DNA from: a virus
Virus record (IMG/VR): IMGVR_UViG_3300049484_000177
Coordinates: 1 to 64,000 of that record
Direction: 5' to 3' (one strand)
Length of the DNA: 64,000 nt
How positions within the stretch are numbered: position 1 is the stretch's first letter; each line of letters begins with the position of its first letter. The notes below the pieces were generated by a model. The model did not search any database. It saw only the letters and a list, made by a program, of their open reading frames with translations, and was not told the origin of the DNA. This document shows positions 27,041 through 36,770 of this stretch, one piece after another. The translations under genes were made by a program, and so were the position numbers.

Positions 27041-27282
27041 TTGAAATCACTAATACTCCCCAGCACATTCGTTGTTACCGAGACCTCGGTTCTTCTTGGG
27101 TGGTCAGTGCTTTTGAGATTTGCTAAGTAACGGAAGAGTAGTGAGTATCTTACCCTTCCACCTTACACAACCAGTCCACCAACCCTCTACTATACTATCC
27201 AAAGATCCACAACGACCGTGACGCTGCCCTCTTGCAGTATAATGAATACACTTATCACATCTACCTTGGGTTGGTCTCATAT

Positions 27283-27684
27283 TCAACCACTCGCTATAAT
27301 AGGTGTAGGTAACAATTCACATTCACAGCCCGACCACCCACAACTACATAGAACCGAGTTATGATTAGTCCCGCAAGTAGTAATCTCGTAGTCATCGGAA
27401 TTGCACTTAGGGCATAACTCCCCATTGAAATCCTTGTCATATATTGGGGAAGTACAAGGTTTACCATCGGACCTAGAAGGAGGTATAGACTCAAAGACCT
27501 GGAGTATACGAGATGTTAGATCGTGCTTGCACTTAGGGCAGACTACTTGATCTGACGTGCTATTGAACGGGAATTCTTCCCCGCACTGCGGGCATTTGTA
27601 TATGCCAAACGGAATCTTGAGCATACTATAAATTGACATTAGTTTTGACGCATCAAACGCCCCTCCATCTCTTGATCGTAGCAT
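27283..27684 (-). CDS. Zn-ribbon protein
   Basis: Several CxxC pairs. Confidence 0.5.
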   Translation of the reverse strand: MLRSRDGGAFDASKLMSIYSMLKIPFGIYKCPQCGEEFPFNSTSDQVVCPKCKHDLTSRILQVFESIPPSRSDGKPCTSPIYDKDFNGELCPKCNSDDYEITTCGTNHNSVLCSCGWSGCECELLPTPIIASG

Positions 27685-27836
27685 TCCCTTACTTCATCAG
27701 CAGCGGCCTCCCATCCTCGCTTAATGCCCGGTAGTTGCTCATCCCAAGACGGGAGTTTATTGCCTGAGACTAATGACACCCCACCAGTAGACTTGCAATA
27801 GGCTTCATAAGCAATCTGACCATAACTACTCATCAC
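27639..27836 (-). CDS. Small phage protein (GQIAYEAY family)
   Basis: YGQIAYEAY...WEAAA; similar to 62846-63148. Confidence 0.55.
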   Translation of the reverse strand: MMSSYGQIAYEAYCKSTGGVSLVSGNKLPSWDEQLPGIKRGWEAAADEVRECYDQEMEGRLMRQN

Positions 27837-27851
27837 ATCGCTCCTATACCA

Positions 27852-28070
27852 TTAACTACCAAACGCCTCTTTCCTAAGTCGCAGAAGATCCGAGAGTAGA
27901 CTTGACCGCTTCATATGTTCCCTCAATTCAATATACTGTATAGCAGCTATCACTTGGTTAAGATCCTTCTCATTGAATATAACAGCCACACAATCCTTAT
28001 TAGCAAGAGCATTGAGCAACTTACGCTCAATTATCTCCCTAGAAGTATGCTCGACCCTTACACCAGACAT
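27852..28070 (-). CDS. Hypothetical protein
   Basis: Directly follows the TerL C-terminal gene. Confidence 0.5.
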   Translation of the reverse strand: MSGVRVEHTSREIIERKLLNALANKDCVAVIFNEKDLNQVIAAIQYIELREHMKRSSLLSDLLRLRKEAFGS

Positions 28071-28071
28071 A

Positions 28072-29013
28072 TTACATCGCTCCTGCTAAGACTCTCACTG
28101 GTCTCCTAACCATACCATAAACAGCTAACACTAGACTGTCTGCTTGGTCTGGGCTTCTTCCTATCATCGCTCTGATTGTTTCCCCTGTATAGCCTGGATG
28201 CGGTTTGTCTTTGGGAGGCAAGTATAACCGACCCTCACCATTATACTGTTTCCTAAGCACTTTCAACTGCCTCAGTGTTTCACTATATTGCGATGGTATG
28301 CCAAATCCTCCTAGCCTAGCAAACAGCTCGGCAGTTAGAGCATACATCTCAGCCCTTCGATTCTTATAAGCATAAGCAGTCTCAGTTCTAACTACCCGTT
28401 CCTGAACAGGGGACTTAACAGTAGATGTCTTTCTTTCCTTATGAGGATCGGTAGGGGATTCCCCAAACCCTACTGTACGAACATCAAATCCATCCCGTCG
28501 CAATCGGTCGGCGTGCTGCTTACCTCCTCCACCCCTATCGAATATGACTTGATCCGGGGTCAATTGGTATTCCCGAATAAGGGCTTTAGTTATTCCCGTT
28601 ATATCAGCAGTGTCTCCGGTCTTAATCGACTTTTGATAGAACATACCTAAATAATCAATAACAGACCAAACAGTATCATCACCACCCTCAGCAGCATCGA
28701 CACCCATTGCTACCGCCCTACGTCTATCATCCTGATATTTAGCCGCTACCTGAACTGCTTTGGTTAGAACCTCACTAGGGAATAGGTAGACCTCAGATCC
28801 TTTGAAGAACATGCCATCTAGTGAAACAGTCTGCTGTACCTTATCCCATCGCTTTCTTCGCTTATCATACTCCTCCCAACTAAGTACCCCTGGCACTAAA
28901 ATCTCGTTAGTGGGAGTTTGTCCTCTGGACTTCTGGGCTAAGCCTAGTCTCACGTTAGGTGAGTCCTCAGCTCTGATACGAATCACTTTGCGATAGTAAC
29001 GGACCATAACCAA
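28072..29013 (-). CDS. terL: Terminase large subunit, C-terminal part (RNase H-like nuclease)
   Basis: MGVDAAEGGDDTV, IFDRGGGG, YKNRRAEMY, GRSPDQADSL. Confidence 0.8.
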   Translation of the reverse strand: MVMVRYYRKVIRIRAEDSPNVRLGLAQKSRGQTPTNEILVPGVLSWEEYDKRRKRWDKVQQTVSLDGMFFKGSEVYLFPSEVLTKAVQVAAKYQDDRRRAVAMGVDAAEGGDDTVWSVIDYLGMFYQKSIKTGDTADITGITKALIREYQLTPDQVIFDRGGGGKQHADRLRRDGFDVRTVGFGESPTDPHKERKTSTVKSPVQERVVRTETAYAYKNRRAEMYALTAELFARLGGFGIPSQYSETLRQLKVLRKQYNGEGRLYLPPKDKPHPGYTGETIRAMIGRSPDQADSLVLAVYGMVRRPVRVLAGAM

Positions 29014-29016
29014 ACT

Positions 29017-29508
29017 CTAGACCACACTGCTTTTAGAAAGCAGTTCCTTCAACCTAATCTCAACTTGCTTCCTACGTCGTTTCTCATTTCTAGGATCACC
29101 CTCTCTATAAAACTTAACGAACTCAATATCTCTGTGATGAGCCTTGCAAAGAGTAATCAACTTACTATCATCCTTGCCCTCCATGACCTTCTTCTTATAA
29201 GACCTATGATGCACAATAACCCACTTCTTTGTACCACAAACTCTATACTTATAACCATCTCTCTTCTGTATCCTCGGTCGTATCTCCTGTTGCCAAAGAG
29301 AAGTGCTTAGATAATCCTTCTCGTACTCCGACTGTCTGACTGTTCTTTTCCTTGGCTTCCTCCTCTTCCTCTTATTCTCCAATTGCTCCTTCTCTTCGCG
29401 CTTCCGTCTCTGTAACCTCTTTTGACAAAAAGACAACCAAGCAGCATCAGCTTCCTTCTGAGCACCTATACTACTACCCCAAGTTAGTCTTACTTTGCTA
29501 AGCTTCAT
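29017..29508 (-). CDS. HNH endonuclease inserted between the terminase halves
   Basis: YLSTSLWQ..RDGYKYRVCG..IVHHRSY..LITLCKAHH. Confidence 0.75.
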   Translation of the reverse strand: MKLSKVRLTWGSSIGAQKEADAAWLSFCQKRLQRRKREEKEQLENKRKRRKPRKRTVRQSEYEKDYLSTSLWQQEIRPRIQKRDGYKYRVCGTKKWVIVHHRSYKKKVMEGKDDSKLITLCKAHHRDIEFVKFYREGDPRNEKRRRKQVEIRLKELLSKSSVV

Positions 29509-29510
29509 AG

Positions 29511-30146
29511 TTAAGCTGCTACTATATCCCCACCCGGATCGTTAGTAGCAACATCACCCTCTACCGCCCGGTAGAAGTAATTGTTACACGGCCAGGGATT
29601 TCCAATGAGTAGTATCCTTTGAGCCCAGGTGCGGCACATAGAGAAATACTCGTCAGGGACACTACTACACTCATCAGCAATGAACAGTGTTCGGGGTGAA
29701 CCATCGGGGCTAGCAATATGGTGACCCTGCATACCAGCAATAGAATCCGCCTTCGCCACCATGCCCCTCACATAAGATAGAGGACAGATTTTACCTTTGT
29801 AGGTCCGCTTGATTTCGTGGTGGGTAACTATTAGTGGTCCAGCAGGCCATCGTAATCCTATTGCACTATCAGCAATAGCCTGCCCTATCTCTCCCCACAA
29901 CACACGAAGATGGTCATCCTTAGCAGAGGTCGTTATAATACGACAAGGACGGCGGGTGAGAAAGAATAGAACGACAATTCGACCAGAGACATAATCCTTG
30001 CCTAACTTGTTTCCGGCAGGCACTACCGTCTCGTCGTTCTCCCAAACTGAATATATGATCTCTCTTTGCTGCCGATAGAAATAAGTGTTCGGCCACAGGA
30101 TCTTAGCAAGTCTTAGTGGATCAACTGTCTTAGGCATGATCAACAC
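29511..30146 (-). CDS. terL: Terminase large subunit, N-terminal ATPase part
   Basis: YRQQ, Walker A-like PAGNKLGKD, Walker B LFIADE, coupling motif IGNP. Confidence 0.8.
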   Translation of the reverse strand: MLIMPKTVDPLRLAKILWPNTYFYRQQREIIYSVWENDETVVPAGNKLGKDYVSGRIVVLFFLTRRPCRIITTSAKDDHLRVLWGEIGQAIADSAIGLRWPAGPLIVTHHEIKRTYKGKICPLSYVRGMVAKADSIAGMQGHHIASPDGSPRTLFIADECSSVPDEYFSMCRTWAQRILLIGNPWPCNNYFYRAVEGDVATNDPGGDIVAA

Positions 30147-30936
30147 TCAAGTCCAAATCCTTGCTATCGTCATTGTCTTCGTCTAACGCTGGTAGTTCAA
30201 TCACGCTTTCGATCTTGCCCTCTACTATATCATTGTCATCTGGCGGCTCACATAGTTTGTCAAAGTCAATGGCTTGCGCTTGTCCTTTCATGTGAATACT
30301 AACATTGGTTTCCCGGAGGAGCCCCAAGTATTTCATGGCTAACTCGACAGCCTTGTCCTTTGACATAAACTCGATTTCAGTAGTGACATCCATACCACAT
30401 TCAGTTTCACGAACTCGAGTTTTGCATTTGGTGATACAACGACGAGCCTCGCGAGGTATTTCATCGAGAGGCTTAAGTTCGTAGACACCATCTACATCGC
30501 CGGGCTGGTAGAGATCAAGAGGATCTAAGAAGATGGCACACTCTAACCGATGCAGAATCCGTTCAGCAGTTAGACCAGCCCGTTCGAGTCTTGCCTGTAG
30601 TATACTACCAAGATAAGCCCTAATACTAGGCTTTTTCAGGAGTTGAGTTACATAAGCATGCCCATTACTCTTCCTTTTCCCCGGAAAAGCCACATCAAAA
30701 GCCTTAGTGGCTTCCATGTTGTTAGCTAAATACTCAGCGCAGAAGATACGCTCTTTGTCTGTCAGAACAGACGCATCAGCTAACCTGGTACGGCTAATGG
30801 GTTGGATATAACCCTTATTCTTTTTGCCGCGATGACGCAGTGGCTCTTCAGCCTCTGACTCGACTGTAGGAGCGGTAGATACATACCTACTAGGCACGAT
30901 AAGAGTGCTCCCACTTACATCATATCTAATGGTCAT
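30130..30936 (-). CDS. terS: Terminase small subunit
   Basis: LTDKERIFCAEYLANNMEATKA..LLKKPSIRAYL..KDKAVELAMKYLG. Confidence 0.8.
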   Translation of the reverse strand: MTIRYDVSGSTLIVPSRYVSTAPTVESEAEEPLRHRGKKNKGYIQPISRTRLADASVLTDKERIFCAEYLANNMEATKAFDVAFPGKRKSNGHAYVTQLLKKPSIRAYLGSILQARLERAGLTAERILHRLECAIFLDPLDLYQPGDVDGVYELKPLDEIPREARRCITKCKTRVRETECGMDVTTEIEFMSKDKAVELAMKYLGLLRETNVSIHMKGQAQAIDFDKLCEPPDDNDIVEGKIESVIELPALDEDNDDSKDLDLSVDHA

Positions 30937-30966
30937 CTTATTGCAAATAGCAATCTAACACGGAGA

Positions 30967-30995
30967 ATTCTAACTGTCAGAACCACATAAGTCAA
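30967..30995 (-). promoter_or_regulatory. Sigma70-like promoter for the terS/morphogenesis arm
   Basis: Minus strand TTGACT-17nt-TAGAAT about 30 nt upstream of terS. Confidence 0.65.
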
Positions 30996-31033
30996 GTTCC
31001 TTGTATTTACTAGATAAACCAAATTCATAAAAG

Positions 31034-31061
31034 ACCACAAGACCACATTATGTCTTGTGGT
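31034..31061. promoter_or_regulatory. 10-bp inverted repeat in the divergent intergenic region
   Basis: ACCACAAGAC-8nt-GTCTTGTGGT. Confidence 0.45.
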
Positions 31062-31411
31062 TAATAAGAAGGTAGTTAGTCCGAATATAATGGTGTGTTC
31101 GTTTCTATTTGTTTGTTTTGTTTATAGGGGAGTATCTAGTCTCGTGAACATAACATCCATCAGCCAAACTGAACTTGGGGTGCAGGTAGTAGTAGAGGTC
31201 AGGCACCCAAGCGGTAAGGTACTAGATAAAGTAATTACCAAGAAACACAAAAGCTGGGATAGGATAGTAGCATCTGGGGAGCTAGTAAAAAAGGAGGTCA
31301 CGTCAACAAGAGGTATTGCTGTTGAGGGAAATCTGGTATCCGTAGACCAACGGGTTCTCTGCGGTGGGTTAGCACAATTGCAATTCTCGTTTAAGAGGAA
31401 AGGTAAGTAGT

Positions 31412-31588
31412 ATGAGTGATTCAAAACAATCAGGTGGTATTGGTTGTTTTACGGTAGTTCTCATCGTACTCATAACACTGAAACTGTTTGGGTTGATTAT
31501 CTGGCCGTGGTGGTTCGTGCTATGTCCAATCTGGGTGCCGATCATCCTATTGGTATTCATTGGCATGTTGTATGGTTGCTTGAAATAG
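31412..31588 (+). CDS. Small membrane protein, 58 aa (below the ORF-track cutoff)
   Basis: MSDSKQSGGIGCFTVVLIVLITLKLFGLIIWPWWFVLCPIW; common phage LKL.G.I.W.WW.V..P.W family; RBS upstream. Confidence 0.65.
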   Translation: MSDSKQSGGIGCFTVVLIVLITLKLFGLIIWPWWFVLCPIWVPIILLVFIGMLYGCLK

Positions 31589-31663
31589 GGGAGTAGTAGT
31601 TATGAACATTAACAGAATACTAGAACTGCTCGGTAAGGCTTATCACGATCCATCACTACCAAG

Positions 31664-32215
31664 TTGGGCTGTTCCCGTCTTACAGGCAATAAAAGAGATT
31701 GCACTGGAAATCGAGAAGCAGGAAGACTACCAACGAGAACAGAGAGAACAGGAGTAAGCACCATGACCACTGATATCCAAAGGTTCACAAGGTTCACAGT
31801 CGAGGGAGTGAAACTCCAATATATAGGAGACGCTGAGGTATGGACAGGTCATAATTTCACCGAAGCCATCTGGGATTCCGAAGCCATCTGGGATTACGGT
31901 AGGAGTCTGACTTTAATTAGCCCCGACATAGACGGGCCGTTTAGTGTCATCAGGTGGCCTTATCTAACGAAGCCTACTCCATTCTTCAGTTATGCCGAAT
32001 TGAATTGGGTAGGATTTATAACTGTCAAGGTGGATAAGTACCGCCAACTGACGGCAGCGGTGTATCTACGGCATCAACAAATTCTAATACCAGTGCACGA
32101 TCCACCCGTTATTGTAATGACGTTCATATTGAGTCCACTAATTCATCACGTTGTCTGGGATGAGTGTTCCCGGTTTGCTGGGGATGCACTGGACGAACAG
32201 GATAGGATTCCATAA
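31664..32215 (+). CDS. Hypothetical protein (start probably 31763)
   Basis: AGGAG before MTTDIQ. Confidence 0.45.
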   Translation: MGCSRLTGNKRDCTGNREAGRLPTRTERTGVSTMTTDIQRFTRFTVEGVKLQYIGDAEVWTGHNFTEAIWDSEAIWDYGRSLTLISPDIDGPFSVIRWPYLTKPTPFFSYAELNWVGFITVKVDKYRQLTAAVYLRHQQILIPVHDPPVIVMTFILSPLIHHVVWDECSRFAGDALDEQDRIP

Positions 32216-32218
32216 CCA

Positions 32219-32443
32219 ATGAAAGTAGTCACACTAACCGACGAAGAACGGAAGTACATAGATCCGCCAGAATATATCACTATAGAATTCCCAGATGGCG
32301 ATGTGTTTGCCGGGATGGGGTGGTGTTGTATGACAGACTTCGACATAGAAACCGAAGAGCCCATATTCGAGGTTATATGGGACTCACAATCTCCTCCTAT
32401 ACTCGCCTGCTGGAAAATTGATTGTATAGAGATAAAAGGATGA
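32219..32443 (+). CDS. Hypothetical protein
   Basis: Fits operon packing. Confidence 0.45.
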   Translation: MKVVTLTDEERKYIDPPEYITIEFPDGDVFAGMGWCCMTDFDIETEEPIFEVIWDSQSPPILACWKIDCIEIKG

Positions 32444-33006
32444 TCACGGTCATAGCATCTGTAATGCGGGTGAGTACCGGAACTAGTCTAACCTACTACT
32501 GGAGTATGAATCGTTCCGAATATAGCACAGACACCGTTGCCAGGGAATTACTTAGGCTATTCCCTGGCTGGTTAGTTGTTGGGTGGAGGGTGATGGGCAG
32601 TAACATAGAAAGGCAGGAACCATTGGTATGAATGAAACCGAATTAACTAGGCTGTTAGAAGTAGCTATGAGACTACTGAATGACGCCTATCGTTCAGCAG
32701 GGGGCGCATTGCCCGCTGAATGGTTCAGGCAGGTCAGGGATCTCAAACAGGAAGTGTTGTTGGTGAGACAGAAGAAGTACGAAGAGGAGTTACAAAAGTG
32801 AGTGCCATCGACATCCTAGAGAATCAGTTGGTCGGTCTGCGACACCGTCGTTGTTGTCTCGTCAGGGAACTCAATCAGGCTAAGATCATAGTAGCTCAGA
32901 TTGAACAGAAAATCCGTGATGTCGATTCGACCATAGCAGATCGAGCTATGAGCATCCAAGGCATCATGGAACGAAATAAGAGACAGTCGAAGATTAAGGT
33001 AGTCAA

Positions 33007-33207
33007 ATGAACGAAAAGAAGCCGGTTGCTCAAAACAGCTCTCAAGCAACTAGGATCTGTCTACGTTGCAATAAACCGTTTATATCAGAAGGGCCCAGCA
33101 ATCGTATCTGCAACCTTTGCAGTAGAAGGAACATCAAATACCGATACCATAATTCGTCTAGTAGTGAAAGACCACCAACCCTCAAAGCGGGGCCAAGTTA
33201 CCAATGA
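33007..33207 (+). CDS. Small Zn-finger protein
   Basis: CLRCNKPFISEGPSNRICNLC. Confidence 0.55.
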   Translation: MNEKKPVAQNSSQATRICLRCNKPFISEGPSNRICNLCSRRNIKYRYHNSSSSERPPTLKAGPSYQ

Positions 33208-33464
33208 CTACTGAACGAGCTATAGTTCCCAATATAGTGAGATCCAAGAAGGGCCAATTCTGGATTCCTCCGTTTCCTCCTCATTGGAATGATTGGATGG
33301 GACCATACGATACCAAAGAGGAGGCCAAGGCTGACAGAGCAGGGCTAGAGGAGACCATCAACGGAGTAGAATGGCAAATGATGTTAGTCGAACAGGTTGA
33401 TCAATTCGAGGAAGAATGGGAAAGGAGAGAATTGAAGTATGCTACTAATCAATCCATCGTTTGA
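33204..33464 (+). CDS. Hypothetical protein
   Basis: GPYDTKEEA; ATGA coupling. Confidence 0.5.
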   Translation: MTTERAIVPNIVRSKKGQFWIPPFPPHWNDWMGPYDTKEEAKADRAGLEETINGVEWQMMLVEQVDQFEEEWERRELKYATNQSIV

Positions 33465-34092
33465 GGTACTTCACGTAGATCAGGGGGCTCTAGCACTACT
33501 AGAATTAGCCGGTCGTACATGCTACAAAACGGAATCCAAGATTTGTGAGGGTAGTGCTGATCCGTTCGTTAGGAAGATCATTCAGGACTACAAACACGAA
33601 TCGGTGATAGAACACGCTAGTATGACAGTCAAGTTCGTGATCGACCGTGGGGTTAGTCACGAACTGGTGCGTCATAGACTTTGTGCTTTTAGCCAGGAAA
33701 GCACACGATACTGCAACTATGCAAAGAAAGGAGTCGTATTCATCTTGCCGCCGTGGGTCAATCTTCCTACCGGAGAATACCCCGCAGGCTTTCTTGACTC
33801 ATCTTTGGTCAACACCATGGACGATGCGGCCTACTCCTGGCTCCGTTTGATCCGAGAGTCAGAAGACACCTACCTCTCGCTGCTCAAGTTTGGCTGGACC
33901 CCGCAACAGGCCCGCTCAGTCCTACCTAACAGCCTCAAAACTGAGATCGTGGTAACGGCTAACTTTCGCGAGTGGAGACATATCTTCAAAATGAGAACGG
34001 CTCAGGGGGCTCATCCGCAAATGCGGGAGGTTATGATCCCGCTACTAAAGCAAGTCAAGAGAGACATACCTGTTGTATTTGAGGACCTGTGA
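33439..34092 (+). CDS. thyX: Flavin-dependent thymidylate synthase
   Basis: HESVIEH, SHELVRHR, SQESTRY, ARSVLP, NFREWRH. Confidence 0.93.
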   Translation: MLLINPSFEVLHVDQGALALLELAGRTCYKTESKICEGSADPFVRKIIQDYKHESVIEHASMTVKFVIDRGVSHELVRHRLCAFSQESTRYCNYAKKGVVFILPPWVNLPTGEYPAGFLDSSLVNTMDDAAYSWLRLIRESEDTYLSLLKFGWTPQQARSVLPNSLKTEIVVTANFREWRHIFKMRTAQGAHPQMREVMIPLLKQVKRDIPVVFEDL

Positions 34093-34457
34093 TGACAAAC
34101 ACCGAGTGGTTAAGACAGCATCTCTACGCCAAGGCAGGTATCTTCGATCATCACAAACCTATACCACTCGCTGAATTGGAACGTACTGAGTGGAATAAGG
34201 AGTTCGAGATTCTGATGCGTAACCGCCTCATGATTGGGGCACTCCGTTATGGTAGGATGCATCGACCGGAAAAAGGAAACTACAACTGCATTGATTCAAT
34301 AGCTAAGCGCTTGATAGCATACTCTGAGTCAGGTAACCTAGAGCATTTGGTAGACATTGCTAACCTAGCTCTAGTAGAGTTCACTCACGGCAAGCATCCC
34401 AACCGCCACTTTCACTCTACCGACGATGGGGATCATGTGAAATCGTTACTAAGCTAA
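34089..34457 (+). CDS. Putative all-alpha nucleotide pyrophosphatase-like protein
   Basis: GALRYG...GNLEHLVDIANLA; adjacent to thyX. Confidence 0.45.
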   Translation: MMTNTEWLRQHLYAKAGIFDHHKPIPLAELERTEWNKEFEILMRNRLMIGALRYGRMHRPEKGNYNCIDSIAKRLIAYSESGNLEHLVDIANLALVEFTHGKHPNRHFHSTDDGDHVKSLLS

Positions 34458-34490
34458 CAATTAGTCCGAACCGTTTATCTCTGTGCCCAC

Positions 34491-34519
34491 TTGAAACTTC
34501 CGGCCAGTTATAGTAAACT
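34491..34519 (+). promoter_or_regulatory. Sigma70-like promoter
   Basis: TTGAAA-17nt-TAAACT in an intergenic gap. Confidence 0.45.
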
Positions 34520-34559
34520 CCCACAGTAGACTTTCCCCTCTAACACCTTTGGCGAGGAG

Positions 34560-35060
34560 TTGGTGGTGACAAAATCTCTGTGCCACAGTGCTTGGTCTAA
34601 GCACGAAGGATTAGCTAGAACTATAACATGGCGTGTTGTTAGGGAGTACGGTGGGGATTATGAGGAACTATTCTCAGAATCACTCGTCCTCTTCGTCCAA
34701 GCCTGCAAAACGTGGGAGAAGGACAAGGGGTCGTTATCCAATTGGTTAGCCTGGAAGATATACCGAGGTCTCCAGGAGCGTAAGCGAACAGAGGCTAGGC
34801 ATAAGTCCATAACCGGGCCGATTGCAGATGGTGAATTGCTTGGTTCACTCTTTCACCACGATAAGAACATCGACCTAATTTGGAAGGACCTCTCGGACGA
34901 TAGCAGGCTCGTCTTACATATATTGTTCGGCATGGACGTTAAGTTCCGCAACACTAGTTTGGTGAGGATGTCGCTGAGGCTGAAAGTACAGAAGGAGACT
35001 GGATGGGGCAATCATAAGGTAACTAACTGCTTTCGAGAGATTGAAGCAGCTCTCACTTGA
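34560..35060 (+). CDS. Sigma factor-like protein
   Basis: Region-2-like DYEELFSESLVLFVQACKTWEKDKGSLSNWLAWKI. Confidence 0.55.
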   Translation: MVVTKSLCHSAWSKHEGLARTITWRVVREYGGDYEELFSESLVLFVQACKTWEKDKGSLSNWLAWKIYRGLQERKRTEARHKSITGPIADGELLGSLFHHDKNIDLIWKDLSDDSRLVLHILFGMDVKFRNTSLVRMSLRLKVQKETGWGNHKVTNCFREIEAALT

Positions 35061-35073
35061 CTCCTCGCCAATG

Positions 35074-35104
35074 AGGGACCGGTAGGATACGGTCCCTTCT
35101 TTTT
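35074..35104 (+). terminator. Intrinsic terminator
   Basis: AGGGACCG-GTAGGATA-CGGTCCCT followed by TCTTTTT. Confidence 0.7.
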
Positions 35105-35126
35105 GTTATGTGGCTAGAGGTTATCT

Positions 35127-36527
35127 ATGGGCATTAATGGCAATGGTAGGATGATCGCCTTCCCTTTCCAACGAAGGACTGTATATGAAGTGGAAAGGAA
35201 GTTCAAAGGCAGATCACTCATTGCTAACGACATGGGTCTTGGTAAGACGAACTGTTCGCTTTGGATAGTAAAGCGCAAACGTCTTGGGGAAATGCTACCC
35301 GCCCTAGTCATCTGCCCGCGGGTAGTTAGACCACAATGGATCAAGGCAATAGAGGATACTCTAGGCATATACCCAGACGTCCTTGAAACCCGCAAACCAT
35401 CCTGGCACCGTAAGGGTGGGCAGGTAGCCATCATTAACTACGATATCATAGCGTGGTGGAGAGACTACCTAGAGGCACAGAACTTCCAGACGCTGATACT
35501 AGACGAGTGCCAATACCTAATCAATGGTAAACGTAAGCGGACGAGAACAGCTACATCGTTAGCCAAAGAAATACCATACTGCTTAGCCCTTAGCGGCACC
35601 CCTCTAACTAATCGTCCCATCGAACTATTCCCAGTCATCAATGCCCTTCGTCCCCGTGAATGGCCTAACCGGGGATCGTTTGCTCATAGGTATTGTGGCC
35701 CTAAGTTCACCCGCTTTGGTTGGGACTTCACCGGGGCATCTCATATCGATGAGTTGCACGTTAGGCTTAAGCAAACGTGTATGGTTAGATTTCGCAAGGA
35801 CGAGGTACTCCGTGAATTGCCCGAGAAGGTTCGAACTATCATACCTGTCGAACTATCTAACCCACAGGAATACCGCAGGGCAAGGGACGACTTCATCGGT
35901 TGGATGAAGCAACGATACCCAGAGAGGCTTAACAAAGCAGTTAAGGCTGCGGCATTAGTTCGCTCTGGGCATCTGTTACGTCTAGCAGCTAGGCTCAAGC
36001 TTCGTAGTGCCATAGATTGGATCAACTACCGATTCGAGACTAACCCAAACGAAAAGATGGTTGTGTTCGCCGTACATAGGAAGTGTATTGCTGCATTGAA
36101 ACGTCGTATCAAGGTCAAGAGCATAGTAGTGGATGGTTCAGTGGTAGGCAGACACAGAGATAATGCAGTAGCACAATTCCAGAACGACCGGAACACTCGT
36201 TGCTTCATCGGCAACATAGCAGCAGCAGGCATTGGATTGAATCTAACCCAAGCATCAACTCTCTGTGTAGTTGAGTTAGCTCAAAAACCCGGCCCATTGC
36301 TGCAAATCGAAGATCGCATCCATCGGATTGGTCAGGAAAAGGTTTCGTGGATCTACTACTTCATTGCTACTGACACTATCGAGGAAAGTGTTAGTAAGCT
36401 AGTCCAACGAAAGCAGAAAGTAATCACGGGTACATTGGATGGTGGAAATGTCGAAGATGACTTTGATCTCTATGATCAATTGCTAGAAGAACTAGAGAAC
36501 GAGATTGTTAGATCCAAAACCAAATAG
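35127..36527 (+). CDS. SNF2-family (HARP-like) helicase
   Basis: DMGLGKT, DECQ, LSGTP, GIGLNLT, QIEDRIHRIGQ. Confidence 0.9.
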   Translation: MGINGNGRMIAFPFQRRTVYEVERKFKGRSLIANDMGLGKTNCSLWIVKRKRLGEMLPALVICPRVVRPQWIKAIEDTLGIYPDVLETRKPSWHRKGGQVAIINYDIIAWWRDYLEAQNFQTLILDECQYLINGKRKRTRTATSLAKEIPYCLALSGTPLTNRPIELFPVINALRPREWPNRGSFAHRYCGPKFTRFGWDFTGASHIDELHVRLKQTCMVRFRKDEVLRELPEKVRTIIPVELSNPQEYRRARDDFIGWMKQRYPERLNKAVKAAALVRSGHLLRLAARLKLRSAIDWINYRFETNPNEKMVVFAVHRKCIAALKRRIKVKSIVVDGSVVGRHRDNAVAQFQNDRNTRCFIGNIAAAGIGLNLTQASTLCVVELAQKPGPLLQIEDRIHRIGQEKVSWIYYFIATDTIEESVSKLVQRKQKVITGTLDGGNVEDDFDLYDQLLEELENEIVRSKTK

Positions 36528-36770
36528 ACCCAGACCAGAATACGCTCCAGATGGAATACTAGCTGGGGACTATCGACTGGTTAGAAAGTCTGGCAGATCC
36601 GCGCGTCTTAAATGCTTCGGTGATTGGTGGGAGTCAGATAAACTAATCCCCTTCATCGGAAAATGGGTTTGGGTAGATGCTGGCGGATATTGGATTGTCT
36701 CTATAAGAGTCTACAGCAAAGCCTACACCCCAGAGAACTTCATTTGTGAAATAGGAGAAAGAAGAAGAAG

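Noticed and set aside
29017-29508. Group I intron in terL
   Set aside because: Only 2-3 nt flank the HNH ORF and I recognise no P/Q/R/S core; not fully excluded without a covariance search
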